A program made the position numbers and the translations under genes. From positions 107,862 to 171,861 of the forward strand of contig CAIMUX010000047.1 in the NCBI GenBank assembly GCA_903844735.1: a stretch of DNA of 64,000 nucleotides, given 5' to 3'. Source of the stretch: Candidatus Eiseniibacteriota bacterium (GTDB taxonomy: Bacteria; Eisenbacteria; RBG-16-71-46; CAIMUX01). Numbering within the stretch: the stretch's first letter is position 1; every line of letters begins with the position of its first letter. The notes beneath the pieces were generated by a model that worked only from the letters and a program-made list of their open reading frames with translations, was not told the origin of the DNA and did not search any database. Positions 18,406 through 27,335 of the stretch are shown in pieces.

Positions 18406-19897
18406 GCTCCGGAGGCCCCTCCTTCTTCGGACCGTCGATCTTCTTCGGCTCCTCGGCCTTCTTGGGAGTCTTGACCTGGGGCGTCAGCAGCCTCTGCACG
18501 GTGTCGCTCAACTGCGTCTGCAGGCGGTTGATCTCTCCCTGCAACTGCCCCTGCATGTCGTGAACCTTCTCCTCGATCTTCGTCTGCGTGTCGCGCACCC
18601 TCTCCTCGACCCGGGCCTGCGTGTCACGCATCCTCTCCTCGACCTTGGCTTGGCCCTCGCGCAGGCGCTCTTCGACCTCCATGCGGGTCTGCAGCAGGCG
18701 GGCCTGCGTCTCCTGCACCTTGTGCGTGAGGATCGCCTGCTGCCGGTCGACCTGCGCCCGCAGGTGAGCTTCGCGCAGCTCCTCCAGCATCTCCTCGCGC
18801 CGGTCGTAGAGCCGTCGCCACGGTCGCGGCGGCGCTGTTTCGAGGATGTACGCCGTGAGGATCGGCAGGGCGATCGTGGAATCGAGGTAGCAGACCACGG
18901 CGTGGGGGAGCATGTCCGGGTCGATCTTGCCCCAGCTCACCGCCTCGGCCGGAGTGGCGCCGGAAAGGCCGCCGGTATCGGGGCGCGCGTCGGTTACCTG
19001 CAGGAAGTAGACGTGCCCAACTCCGTCGATCCCGAGGACATCCTGAATCAGCGGTTCGGTCTGCAGGACGAAGTTCTTGGGCGAGCCGCCGCCGAGGATC
19101 CACACACCGCTCTTCCCGTGCCTCTTGGCGTCGTAGACGATGGCCGCCGTCTCGTTGACGTCGCGGTTCGGGTCGAGAATGAGCCGGTTCCCGGTGAGCG
19201 CGGCCGCGGCGATGTTCATCCCGATGGAGGAATCACCGGGGGAACTGGTGTAGACCGGCACGCCGCACTCCCAGGCCGTGGAGAGAAAGCAGGGCTGCGC
19301 AAGCCCAAGGATCCGCTCCCGCTCACGGATGAACTTTCCGGCCAGGTGGTGAAACTCGGCGGTGGAGAGGATCTTCTGGAACGGCGGCGTGACGATCATC
19401 TCTCGGTAAAAGGCATCGGTGGAGAGAAGCACGCGGTAGTCAAAGAGGACGTCGTAGATCCTCACCACCCCTTCGCGGCGCAGCGCGCGGTCGTCCATCG
19501 CGGGTGAGCCCTGATGCAACGCCAGGTCGAGGCCGAAATGGGTATCGTGATACAGGTTGGCACCGGTGGAGACGACCCAGTCGACATAGCCGCCCCGCAG
19601 CAGCGGCGAGAGAGCTGAGAGCCCGAGTCCGGCCGGTGTGAGGGCGCCGGACACGGCGAGGCCGACGGTCACGTCGGGCTTCAGCATCCGCTCCGACAGC
19701 AGACGGCAGGCCTCCCGCAGCCGGGCCGCGTTGTAGGCGAGGAAGGTCTCGCGGACCAGTTCGCTGATCGGCATGCCCGCGCGGATCGGGCGGGGTAGAA
19801 TCCGGTGGCCGGTGAGGTAAGGGTTGGCTGCGGGCGCGCCTCCGCCTTGCTCGGAGGACGGACCTGTCTCGGGGCTGGTGTCGGGGGCCTCGTTCAT
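18389..19897 (-). CDS. Deoxyhypusine synthase-like protein with a C-terminal 11-residue-repeat coiled-coil tail
   Basis: The N-terminal ~350 aa carry DHS-family features ([52 protein letters not shown]). The last ~150 aa are charged heptad/11-mer repeats ([33 protein letters not shown]) plus a Lys/Pro-rich end. Confidence 0.75.
   Translation of the reverse strand: MNEAPDTSPETGPSSEQGGGAPAANPYLTGHRILPRPIRAGMPISELVRETFLAYNAARLREACRLLSERMLKPDVTVGLAVSGALTPAGLGLSALSPLLRGGYVDWVVSTGANLYHDTHFGLDLALHQGSPAMDDRALRREGVVRIYDVLFDYRVLLSTDAFYREMIVTPPFQKILSTAEFHHLAGKFIRERERILGLAQPCFLSTAWECGVPVYTSSPGDSSIGMNIAAAALTGNRLILDPNRDVNETAAIVYDAKRHGKSGVWILGGGSPKNFVLQTEPLIQDVLGIDGVGHVYFLQVTDARPDTGGLSGATPAEAVSWGKIDPDMLPHAVVCYLDSTIALPILTAYILETAPPRPWRRLYDRREEMLEELREAHLRAQVDRQQAILTHKVQETQARLLQTRMEVEERLREGQAKVEERMRDTQARVEERVRDTQTKIEEKVHDMQGQLQGEINRLQTQLSDTVQRLLTPQVKTPKKAEEPKKIDGPKKEGPPERESPA
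18569..18700 (-). repeat. Four tandem 33-bp units encoding the 11-aa repeats of the DHS-like tail
   Basis: The four units read on the + strand are ctcctcgatcttcgtctgcgtgtcgcgcaccct, ctcctcgacccgggcctgcgtgtcacgcatcct, ctcctcgaccttggcttggccctcgcgcaggcg and ctcttcgacctccatgcgggtctgcagcaggcg. Confidence 0.8.
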
Positions 19898-20016
19898 GGG
19901 ATTCTTTCCTCCTCGGGGTCGACCGATTCTGAGGGTACGGTTTCGACTGCGGATGGCGCAAGCGGGAGCGGGCGGGGGCGCGAGAAGGATCCCCGGCGGC
20001 CCCGCAGGGAGGCTGG

Positions 20017-20679
20017 ATGCATGAGCCGATGAGTCCGGGATTTGCGGCGCGCAGGGTTTCGTTGGGTCCTGATCAAGGGGACTTCCTTGCGCGTGCTCTT
20101 CCGGAGCTGCGGCGCGGGGGCGTCGTTCTCTTACCCACCGACACGATCTACGGGCTATCGTGCCGATGGGACAGCGAGCGCGCTCGCGAACGGATTCAGG
20201 CGATCAAAGGACCGGGGCGCTTGGCGCTCTTCGTCGCTCTCGTGGCGAATGCCGAGATGGCGTTTCGTTTCGCCTACCCGCCCGGGCCGGAAGGGCAGCG
20301 CATCCTCGACGAGCAGTGGCCCGGACCGCTGACCGCGGTCCTGCGCGCTCGGCCCGAGGTGGTACCGATGTTTTCGCAAGGCCCCGAGGAGACGATCGCC
20401 TTCCGTTGGCCTCGGGATGCGTTCCTGCAGGATCTGGTGCGCGACCTTGGTGTGCCGCTGGTCTCCACCAGCGCTAACCGCACGGGCGCGCCGAACGTCG
20501 CCGATGCGCGCGAAGCATGGGAGCAGTTCGGAGCAGGCATCGATCTTTACGTCGACGGCGGGCACCGTCCCGGGCTTCCCTCCACTCTAGTCGACCTCAC
20601 GGTGGAAAAGCCACGATTGCTCAGGCTCGGAATCTTCGTGCCGTCCGGCGTGGATGTGGGGGCGGGCGGACCCGGATGA
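20017..20679 (+). CDS. tsaC: L-threonylcarbamoyladenylate synthase (YrdC/Sua5/TsaC family)
   Basis: [38 protein letters not shown]. About 220 aa, so single-domain YrdC-like. Confidence 0.85.
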   Translation: MHEPMSPGFAARRVSLGPDQGDFLARALPELRRGGVVLLPTDTIYGLSCRWDSERARERIQAIKGPGRLALFVALVANAEMAFRFAYPPGPEGQRILDEQWPGPLTAVLRARPEVVPMFSQGPEETIAFRWPRDAFLQDLVRDLGVPLVSTSANRTGAPNVADAREAWEQFGAGIDLYVDGGHRPGLPSTLVDLTVEKPRLLRLGIFVPSGVDVGAGGPG

Positions 20680-21179
20680 TCCGCGCGGATGCTGTGGGTT
20701 CCGCTGTGTCCTCTACCATGCGCCGTCTTCCTCTCCTCTTCGCGGTGCTACTTCCGCTCGCCTGCGGACCGCGCCTCGACGCCCGGGAACTGGACGGGGT
20801 GGAAGGCGAGATTTCGAAGCGGATCGGCAGCGCTTCCGTGGCGCTGGAGCGGCTCGACGGGGATGCGATGCGGGCCGAGCGCGAAGGGATCGTACGGCTG
20901 CGATTGCGTGCGGAGAAGATTCGTTTGCCGGCTGCGGCATGGGCTGTGCGGGCGGGTCTCCTCGCCGCGTTGGACGCCACCGCTGACGGTCTCGGCGCGG
21001 CGGCGGCGGCGGTCGACCTGCAGCGCGAAGCCCAGGCCCCCGGGTTCGACCCGGTTCGCGGTAAGGAGATTGTGGATCGTTCCGCGCTTTCCATGGAATT
21101 GTGTCGTCGGCGCCTGGAGGATGCGCTCGCGGCGCTCGGCTGCGTCCACGAGGAGCGGGCAAAGCTGGAGGCGCGTTGA
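20676..21179 (+). CDS. Hypothetical secreted protein, possibly a lipoprotein
   Basis: ATGA overlap with tsaC. Signal-like MRRLPLLFAVLLPLACG (imperfect lipobox), then an Ala/Arg/Glu-rich helical sequence. No family recognised. Confidence 0.4.
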   Translation: MIRADAVGSAVSSTMRRLPLLFAVLLPLACGPRLDARELDGVEGEISKRIGSASVALERLDGDAMRAEREGIVRLRLRAEKIRLPAAAWAVRAGLLAALDATADGLGAAAAAVDLQREAQAPGFDPVRGKEIVDRSALSMELCRRRLEDALAALGCVHEERAKLEAR

Positions 21180-21301
21180 ACGGTCCAGACCGTCCCGGCC
21201 ATCACGGCTGTTCCGGTCGTCCCGGTCGTCGCGGGCCCGACGGGGTGAGCGAGCCTCCGTCCATTGCCCCGGTTCCGTGGCTCGGCCGCTCGCCACGCCG
21301 G

Positions 21302-22999
21302 ATGTTTCTTCTCCTGTGGTTTCTCGCCTTTTCGCACCGGCTCTTCCTGCAACTCGGCACCGTGGATCGATCATGGCCCTTCCCGGTCTTCTACGAGGGG
21401 GATGCCGAGACCTTCCACCGCTTCGCCCTTTCGATCCTGGCCGGGCAGACGTACGACGGGGGGATTCCGTTCCATCCGCCGCTCTACCCGCTCTTCCTGG
21501 CCGCTTGTCACGCCTTGCTGGGCAACCCAGCGTCGGGTCTGGTGCTCCGGATGGCGCACGGCGCCGTCTATGCACTCTCGGTGCCGCTTCTCTGGCTCTG
21601 GTTGCGACGCCACCTCACGCCGGGGGCCGCGCTCGCCGGGGCACTGCTCGCCGGATGGTCGTTCGGGCTCGCGCTCATCTCTACCGCCGCTGTGAGCGAG
21701 GGGCTCTATCTGCTGATTCTGCTCGGCGGCCTCCTGGCATTTGACCGACTGCGCGATGTGGAGAGAGGCCAGGGCGTTCCCCGTCGCTCCATCGGGGAGG
21801 CAGTGGTTCCATCTGCTGCGGCACATGCGCGCACGGTCGCTGGTGGGTTCGGGGGTTTCGCGCTACGCCGTGCGATTCTGTTCGGCATGCTGGGCGGACT
21901 CCTCGCGTTGACCCGCGCGGAAGGGCTCGGCTGGGCACTCCTTCTTGTCGCGGGCGGCGCCGCGGCCGCGTGGCGGCATGCGCGGCAATCGTCGAAGGGA
22001 GCGGCCACGACACCGGCCGGGATCGTGCCGGGCACGACCGGCGAGACGGCGGTCGTCGCGGCGGCGGATGCTGCGCTCGCGATCCGTCGGGCCGTCCTCC
22101 CGTGGGCCGTGGCCCTTGCCGTGCTATGCCTTACCCTGGCGCCGTGGACGATTCGCAACGCTGTGGTCCTCGCACGGGTGAATCATCTCGGGACCGCCGG
22201 CGGACTGTCGCCGCTGCCGACCTTCGTCGTCACCACAGCGTACGGGCCGCTCAATTTCGCCCTAGGGAACTACGCCGGAGCGCCCGGATATTTCACGCGC
22301 GGTGCCCTTACCAGCGGCCTCCATCGCGATCTTCTTGACCTCACCGATCCGCAACATCGTGACCTCTTCCTGCACGGGTATCGTCGGGGATGGGATTGGA
22401 TGCACGGCCACCCGCAGGACTATCTCGCGCTGGCCGGACGCAAGCTCGCGCTTCTCTCTCGCGTCCTTCGGCTTGGGTGGACGCAGTGGAACCTTCCTGG
22501 CGGACTGAAAGGAACGCGTTTCCCGGTTGACATGCTGACGCCGGATGCCTCTCTCGCCATCTTGGTGCATCTGACTCTGCTGCTGCCGGGCGTATGGCTT
22601 CTCTTCGCAGGCAAAGTGGGACAGAGTCGCGCCCGCGGGTGCCCGCTGCTGATCGTCGCGGGCGGTTATATCCTCTTTTCCGCTGCGGTGACGCTGGCGT
22701 TTTTCGGCTATGCGCGGCAGGGGGTTCCCGCGCTGGCGTTGCTCTGCGGTGTTGAGGGGACGGCCCTGGCTGCGGGATGCGGGTGGCTGCGGCGGCGCGT
22801 GGGGGGGCGCCTGCGGGGGGGCGTGGAAGGCCGTGTGACCGGGCCGCGTCTCGTCGCCGGCGTCATCGTGCTCCTGTGGGCGGTCGAGTTCGTAGGAGCG
22901 TTTTCTGCACGCGATTTTCTCGCCACGGGCGAGACCCGGGCTGGTTCGAGGATGCTGAACCGCGACAGCATCATGTACCTATCGCCGAAATCGCGATGA
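21302..22999 (+). CDS. Polytopic membrane glycosyltransferase, GT39/GT83 (PMT/ArnT)-like
   Basis: About 12 predicted hydrophobic helices. The first loop is YEGDAETFHRFALSILAG..GGIPFHPPLYPLFLA, as in the PMT_2/ArnT-type fold. The start is uncertain: ATG at 21302, GTG at 21245, or the longer ORF-track start at 21101. Confidence 0.55.
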   Translation: MFLLLWFLAFSHRLFLQLGTVDRSWPFPVFYEGDAETFHRFALSILAGQTYDGGIPFHPPLYPLFLAACHALLGNPASGLVLRMAHGAVYALSVPLLWLWLRRHLTPGAALAGALLAGWSFGLALISTAAVSEGLYLLILLGGLLAFDRLRDVERGQGVPRRSIGEAVVPSAAAHARTVAGGFGGFALRRAILFGMLGGLLALTRAEGLGWALLLVAGGAAAAWRHARQSSKGAATTPAGIVPGTTGETAVVAAADAALAIRRAVLPWAVALAVLCLTLAPWTIRNAVVLARVNHLGTAGGLSPLPTFVVTTAYGPLNFALGNYAGAPGYFTRGALTSGLHRDLLDLTDPQHRDLFLHGYRRGWDWMHGHPQDYLALAGRKLALLSRVLRLGWTQWNLPGGLKGTRFPVDMLTPDASLAILVHLTLLLPGVWLLFAGKVGQSRARGCPLLIVAGGYILFSAAVTLAFFGYARQGVPALALLCGVEGTALAAGCGWLRRRVGGRLRGGVEGRVTGPRLVAGVIVLLWAVEFVGAFSARDFLATGETRAGSRMLNRDSIMYLSPKSR

Positions 23000-23172
23000 C
23001 CGTGTGGCACGCCGTGCCAGATGTGCCGCAGCGGAAATGCCGCGCGAGATACTTGCCAACCGAGGTGGCTGTGGCTAGCATCTCGGCACCCGCGGGGGGC
23101 GGTACGAACTCCCCGGGAGCGCTGCCGGCGCCGGGGCCGAACCGAGGAGTATCCCCCGAGGAGTCACACACC

Positions 23173-23808
23173 ATGGTCACGCCGAGAACGCCGCGAGAGG
23201 GAACCGCTACCGGCACGGGCGAGAGCGGGGATGCCCGCCGCCGTGTCCCGGTGGAAGCGAAGAAAATCGTCGGTCCTGGCACTGTTCACAGTCTCCGCAT
23301 CCTGCTGAGCGAAAGCGATCCGCCGATCTGGCGTGGGATCGAGGTTCCCTCCGACATTCGCCTCGACCGCCTGCACCGCATCATCCAAGCGGCGATGGGT
23401 TGGTGCGACGGTCATGCACACCAATTTCTCGTGGAGGATGAGTGTATCGCCGATCCCGAGGTCGGGGGGGACGTTCGCGATGAGCGAGCCGTGCGCCTGC
23501 AGCAGATCGCGCCTGAGAAGGGGTCGACCTTTCTCTACGTCTACGACTTCGGTGACGACTGGCAGCACGAGATCACCGTGGAGGCGGTGGGGCTGCCTGC
23601 CGCGGCCCACGTCCGTTGTACCGGCGGCGCGCGCGCCTGCCCGCCTGAGGATTGCGGCGGGATCCCGGGGTACGAGGACCTGCTCGGCGTGCTGCGCGAC
23701 CCTTCGGATGACGAGCACGCAGCCATGTGCGAGCTGGTGGGCGGACGTTTCGACCCCGAAGCGTTCGACCTCGCTGCGGCAAATCGCCGGATCAAGCAGG
23801 TTCGCTGA
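23173..23808 (+). CDS. Plasmid pRiA4b ORF-3-like family protein (PF07929-type)
   Basis: LRILLSESDPPIWRGIEVPSDIRLDRLHRIIQAAMGWCDGHAHQF, YVYDFGDDWQHEITVE, CPPEDCGGIPGYEDLL, FDPEAFDL are all hallmark segments of this family. GAGGAG sits 8 nt before the ATG at 23173; the ORF-track start at 22777 overlaps the GT gene. Confidence 0.8.
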   Translation: MVTPRTPREGTATGTGESGDARRRVPVEAKKIVGPGTVHSLRILLSESDPPIWRGIEVPSDIRLDRLHRIIQAAMGWCDGHAHQFLVEDECIADPEVGGDVRDERAVRLQQIAPEKGSTFLYVYDFGDDWQHEITVEAVGLPAAAHVRCTGGARACPPEDCGGIPGYEDLLGVLRDPSDDEHAAMCELVGGRFDPEAFDLAAANRRIKQVR

Positions 23809-23879
23809 GAGCATTCGGATCGTGCTCACCTCGGCTCGGGACTCGGATGCACGCGGGTGACACCTCTCAGGTCGGGAAG

Positions 23880-24824
23880 ATGCGCGTGAGCCGGGAAGCC
23901 AGGGAAGCGGTCCGAGGCGCCGGAATCGATCTTGGCTTCTCGCTCGTCGGCTTCGCACCGGCCCGGGAGCCCGCGGGAAGCCGCCGCCTGCTCGATTGGC
24001 TTCAGCTCGGCTACGAGGGTCCGATGGCGTGGATGGCCCGTGATCCGCACGCGCGAATCGATCCGGAGCGGTTCCTGCCGGGCGTGCGAACGGTTGTGGT
24101 CGTAGCGCTCCGCTACAAGCACCGTGCGCCGCCGCCAGCGCCTGACGCGCCCCGCATCTCCTGTTACGCGTGGGGCGACGACTACCACGCCGTGATGAGC
24201 CGACGATTGCACGACTTCGACTATCGGATACGCGCCATTCTCGGCGAACCCGTGCGGACGCGCCTCGCCTGCGACACGTCGCCGGTGATGGACAAGGCCT
24301 GGGCCGCAGCCGGCGGGATCGGCTGGCTGGGAAAAAACGCCTGCCTGATCCACCCACGTGAGGGCTCCTGGCTCTTTCTCGGCGAGATCTTTCTCGATCG
24401 AGAGCTGCCGCCCGACGCGCCGTTGCCCGACCGCTGCGGCACCTGCCGCCGCTGCCTCGATGCCTGCCCCACCGGTGCCCTTGCAGGGCCGTATCTTCTT
24501 GATGCAGCCCGGTGCATCTCCGCCCTTACAATCGAACACCGCGGGGACTTCACGGCCTGGGAGGAGGCTGCGGTAGGCGATTGGCTCGCGGGGTGCGACA
24601 TCTGCCAGGATGTTTGCCCATGGAACCGGCGCGCGCCCGTGTCCGCCGAAAACGAGTTCGCGCCCCGCCCCGCGCTGGTGAACCGTTTGACCGCAGAGTG
24701 GGCGGGGTTGAACGACGCCTCCTGCCGGGACGCCGTGCAGGGAACGGCGCTGACACGGATCAAGCCGGCGATGATGCGGAGAAATGCCCAATCGCTGCTT
24801 CAGAATCGTCCTCCAAAGGAGTAG
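23880..24824 (+). CDS. queG: tRNA epoxyqueuosine(34) reductase
   Basis: AWAAAGGIGWLGKNACLI, CGTCRRCLDACPTGAL, ALTIEHRG, CDICQDVCPWNRRA (two 4Fe-4S motifs and the QueG core). Confidence 0.88.
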   Translation: MRVSREAREAVRGAGIDLGFSLVGFAPAREPAGSRRLLDWLQLGYEGPMAWMARDPHARIDPERFLPGVRTVVVVALRYKHRAPPPAPDAPRISCYAWGDDYHAVMSRRLHDFDYRIRAILGEPVRTRLACDTSPVMDKAWAAAGGIGWLGKNACLIHPREGSWLFLGEIFLDRELPPDAPLPDRCGTCRRCLDACPTGALAGPYLLDAARCISALTIEHRGDFTAWEEAAVGDWLAGCDICQDVCPWNRRAPVSAENEFAPRPALVNRLTAEWAGLNDASCRDAVQGTALTRIKPAMMRRNAQSLLQNRPPKE

Positions 24825-25028
24825 GATCCGCTGTGGTGCGATAGGGATCGCGCCCGCGCGCATCGCAGTCCTTGCCACCCGGCTGGCCGGCGGCGGCAGT
24901 CGGTCGTGGATGCGAGGCGCGAGCAGCCCCGGCGACACAGGCGTACGTTTCGTACGTCGAGGAGCCGGGTCAAGCGCAACGAAGCAGACGCGGCCGAACG
25001 CCGTCGCCGGCCCGGGAGGTTTAGGAAG

Positions 25029-25256
25029 ATGATGACGAAGGAGAACGTCGAGGCGACGCTCGACGAGCGGATTCGTCCGGCCATCATGATGGACGGGGGA
25101 GACATAGAGGTCGTCGAGGTCAAGGAAAACAAGGTCTTCGTGCGCCTCATGGGCGCCTGCGGAACCTGCCCCAGCTCGCAGATCACGCTGCGGATGGGCG
25201 TGGAGCGAGTGCTCCGGGAGAAGTTTCCGGAGATGGACGCTTTGATCAGCCTCTGA
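25029..25256 (+). CDS. NifU C-terminal-domain (Nfu-type) Fe-S cluster scaffold/carrier protein
   Basis: IRPAIMMDGGDIEVVEV..VFVRLMGACGTCPSSQITL (CxxC). SD-like GGAGG upstream of the ATGATG start. Confidence 0.8.
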   Translation: MMTKENVEATLDERIRPAIMMDGGDIEVVEVKENKVFVRLMGACGTCPSSQITLRMGVERVLREKFPEMDALISL

Positions 25257-26115
25257 CTTTTCCTTGCGTGCCGGCCGGCTTTCTCACCGGCGGCGTCTCC
25301 GAGGGGAAAGGGCAATCGACCAGCACCGGACAACGGGCGCACTCCGGTTTCCGCGCCCCGCAGCACTCACGGCCGTGACGGATCAGCAGGTGCGAGGCAC
25401 GCGTCCAATCCTTTCCCGGGATGAGCGGCATCAACGCGAACTCGACTTTCACCGGGTCGGTCTCGGCTGTGAGTCCCAGGCGGCGCGCCAACCGCCCGAC
25501 GTGGGTGTCGACGGTGATGCCGGGAATGCCGAATGCTTCGCCGAGGATGACATTTGCCGTCTTGCGACCCACGCCGGGCAGGCGCAGCAGTTCGTCCATG
25601 GTCCCGGGCATCTCGCCGGCGAACTCTTCGACCAGACGTCGGCAGCCGCCGAGGATGCTTTTCGCTTTGTTCCGGAAAAAGCCGGTGGATCGGATCATTT
25701 CCTCGAGACGCGCGGCTCCCAAGGCGAGGTAGTCCTCGGGGCGGAGACAGGCGGCAAAGAGGGCAGGGGTGACCTGGTTCACCCGCTGGTCGGTGCACTG
25801 GGCCGAGAGCACGGTGGCGACATACAGCTCGAGGGCGCCGCGATGGTCGAGAGCGCAGCGGGCGTCGGGGTACGTGCGCGCCAGCGCCGTCAGAATCCGT
25901 CGCGCGCGGGCGCGTAGGGCCGGATCGGCGGCGGGGGATGTCTCCGATCGAGCCCGTCGGGCCGGACCCTGGGCTGCGACGGATGCCTCCGATAGAGGCG
26001 ACCCCTTGGATCTCGCTTTGACCGCGGAACCCGCCGAGATTCTCGATTTCCGCCTGCCGTCGCTCGCAGCCCGCACCATGCCCTTCTTCCTCCCGGTGGC
26101 CGGGATCCGCTTCAT
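25246..26115 (-). CDS. nth: Endonuclease III (HhH-GPD DNA glycosylase/AP lyase) with a basic N-terminal extension
   Basis: LYVATVLSAQCTDQRVN, LLRLPGVGRKTANVILGEAFG, TVDTHVGR, and the Fe-S loop CGARKPECARCPVLVDC. The start is uncertain (Met codons at 26235, 26115, 26079). Confidence 0.88.
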   Translation of the reverse strand: MKRIPATGRKKGMVRAASDGRRKSRISAGSAVKARSKGSPLSEASVAAQGPARRARSETSPAADPALRARARRILTALARTYPDARCALDHRGALELYVATVLSAQCTDQRVNQVTPALFAACLRPEDYLALGAARLEEMIRSTGFFRNKAKSILGGCRRLVEEFAGEMPGTMDELLRLPGVGRKTANVILGEAFGIPGITVDTHVGRLARRLGLTAETDPVKVEFALMPLIPGKDWTRASHLLIRHGRECCGARKPECARCPVLVDCPFPSETPPVRKPAGTQGKVRG

Positions 26116-26421
26116 CTGGGGCGCGACTGTCTTTGGGGTCCAAGGTTCGGCCAACCAGCCGGAACCGCCTTGATCCGCCAAGTGGAAGGATGTTGGCTTT
26201 GAATCCTGACCCACGCCTGTGGCACCCAACGACAACTATACATTCACCCTCGCTCTTGCCAACGCGCGAGTCCGAGCCCTCGATCCGTCACCCGGAACGT
26301 GGCGACCACATTCCTCCCTTGTCGCGGCCCTCTTTCTCCGGTATCAAGGAGGGCGACCCGCGCCGGTCGGCGGCCGTCCGGACGGCTCGACACCCTGCGC
26401 CGGGGCGCACATGGAGGAATC

Positions 26422-27333
26422 ATGCCCGAGGCTCTCGTTATCCGCGGCGTCTCCAAGTCGTTCGGAGACCTGCAGGCGGTGCAGTCGCTCGACCTCACGG
26501 TGGAGGCCGGCTCGGTGTGCGGCCTCCTCGGTCCCAACGGGGCGGGGAAGAGCACGACCATCCGCATGATCATGGACATCATCAAGCCGGATACCGGCAC
26601 CGTCAGTCTGCTCGGCGAGACCGACCCGGATCGGCGCCGCGACCGCATCGGCTACCTGCCGGAAGAGCGCGGACTCTACCGAAAGATGAAGGTCCGCGAG
26701 CTGCTCACGTATTTCGCAGCCCTCCACGGGATGGAGCCTCGTCACGCCCGCCAACGCGCGATGCACTGGCTGGAGCGAATGGAGCTTGGCGCCTGGGCTG
26801 AGGCCAAGGTGGAGGCGCTCTCCAAAGGGATGCAGCAGAAGGTGCAGGTGATCGCCACGATTCTACACGAGCCGGAGGTGGTCATTCTCGACGAGCCGTT
26901 TGCCGGCCTCGACCCGGTGAATGTCGACTTGGTGAAGCAGATCCTGCTCGACCTGCGCAACCAAGGGGTGACGTTGCTCCTCTCCACGCACCAGATGGAG
27001 ATTGTGGAGAAACTCTGCGATTCCATCTGCCTCATCCACCGGGGGAGGAAGGTTCTTGATGGGCCTCTCTCCAAGGTGAAAGCCGACCGTGGTGTTCGCG
27101 CCATCCAGTTGGAGTACGACGGCCGGCCGACGTTCCACCACGATCCCGCCCTCGTGGCGCGGGCCGAGGACTCTGGGCGCTTCATCGAGATCCTCCCCGC
27201 CGACGGGATCGACCCCCAGAGGATCCTCGATGCGGCGATGAAGGAAGTCCGCATCACCCGGTTCGAGGTGATGGAGCCGTCGCTCCACCAGATCTTTGTC
27301 GAGACGGTGCGCGCCCGCGGCGAGGAGGCCTAG
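26422..27333 (+). CDS. ABC transporter ATP-binding protein (ABC-2/NatA-like)
   Basis: Walker A GPNGAGKST, signature LSKGMQQKV, Walker B VVILDEPFAGLD. GGAGG lies upstream of the ATG at 26422. Confidence 0.9.
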   Translation: MPEALVIRGVSKSFGDLQAVQSLDLTVEAGSVCGLLGPNGAGKSTTIRMIMDIIKPDTGTVSLLGETDPDRRRDRIGYLPEERGLYRKMKVRELLTYFAALHGMEPRHARQRAMHWLERMELGAWAEAKVEALSKGMQQKVQVIATILHEPEVVILDEPFAGLDPVNVDLVKQILLDLRNQGVTLLLSTHQMEIVEKLCDSICLIHRGRKVLDGPLSKVKADRGVRAIQLEYDGRPTFHHDPALVARAEDSGRFIEILPADGIDPQRILDAAMKEVRITRFEVMEPSLHQIFVETVRARGEEA

Positions 27334-27335
27334 CC

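Noticed and set aside
19913-19955. tmRNA-like 5' string GGGGTCGACCGATTCTGAGGGTACGGTTTCGACTGCGGAT in the DHS-like/tsaC divergent spacer
   Set aside because: It resembles GGGGCUGAUUCUGGAUUCGACGGGAU. However, a tmRNA would have to extend ~350 nt into the well-supported tsaC coding region, and no tRNA-like acceptor/T-arm 3' end follows. I judge it a chance resemblance.
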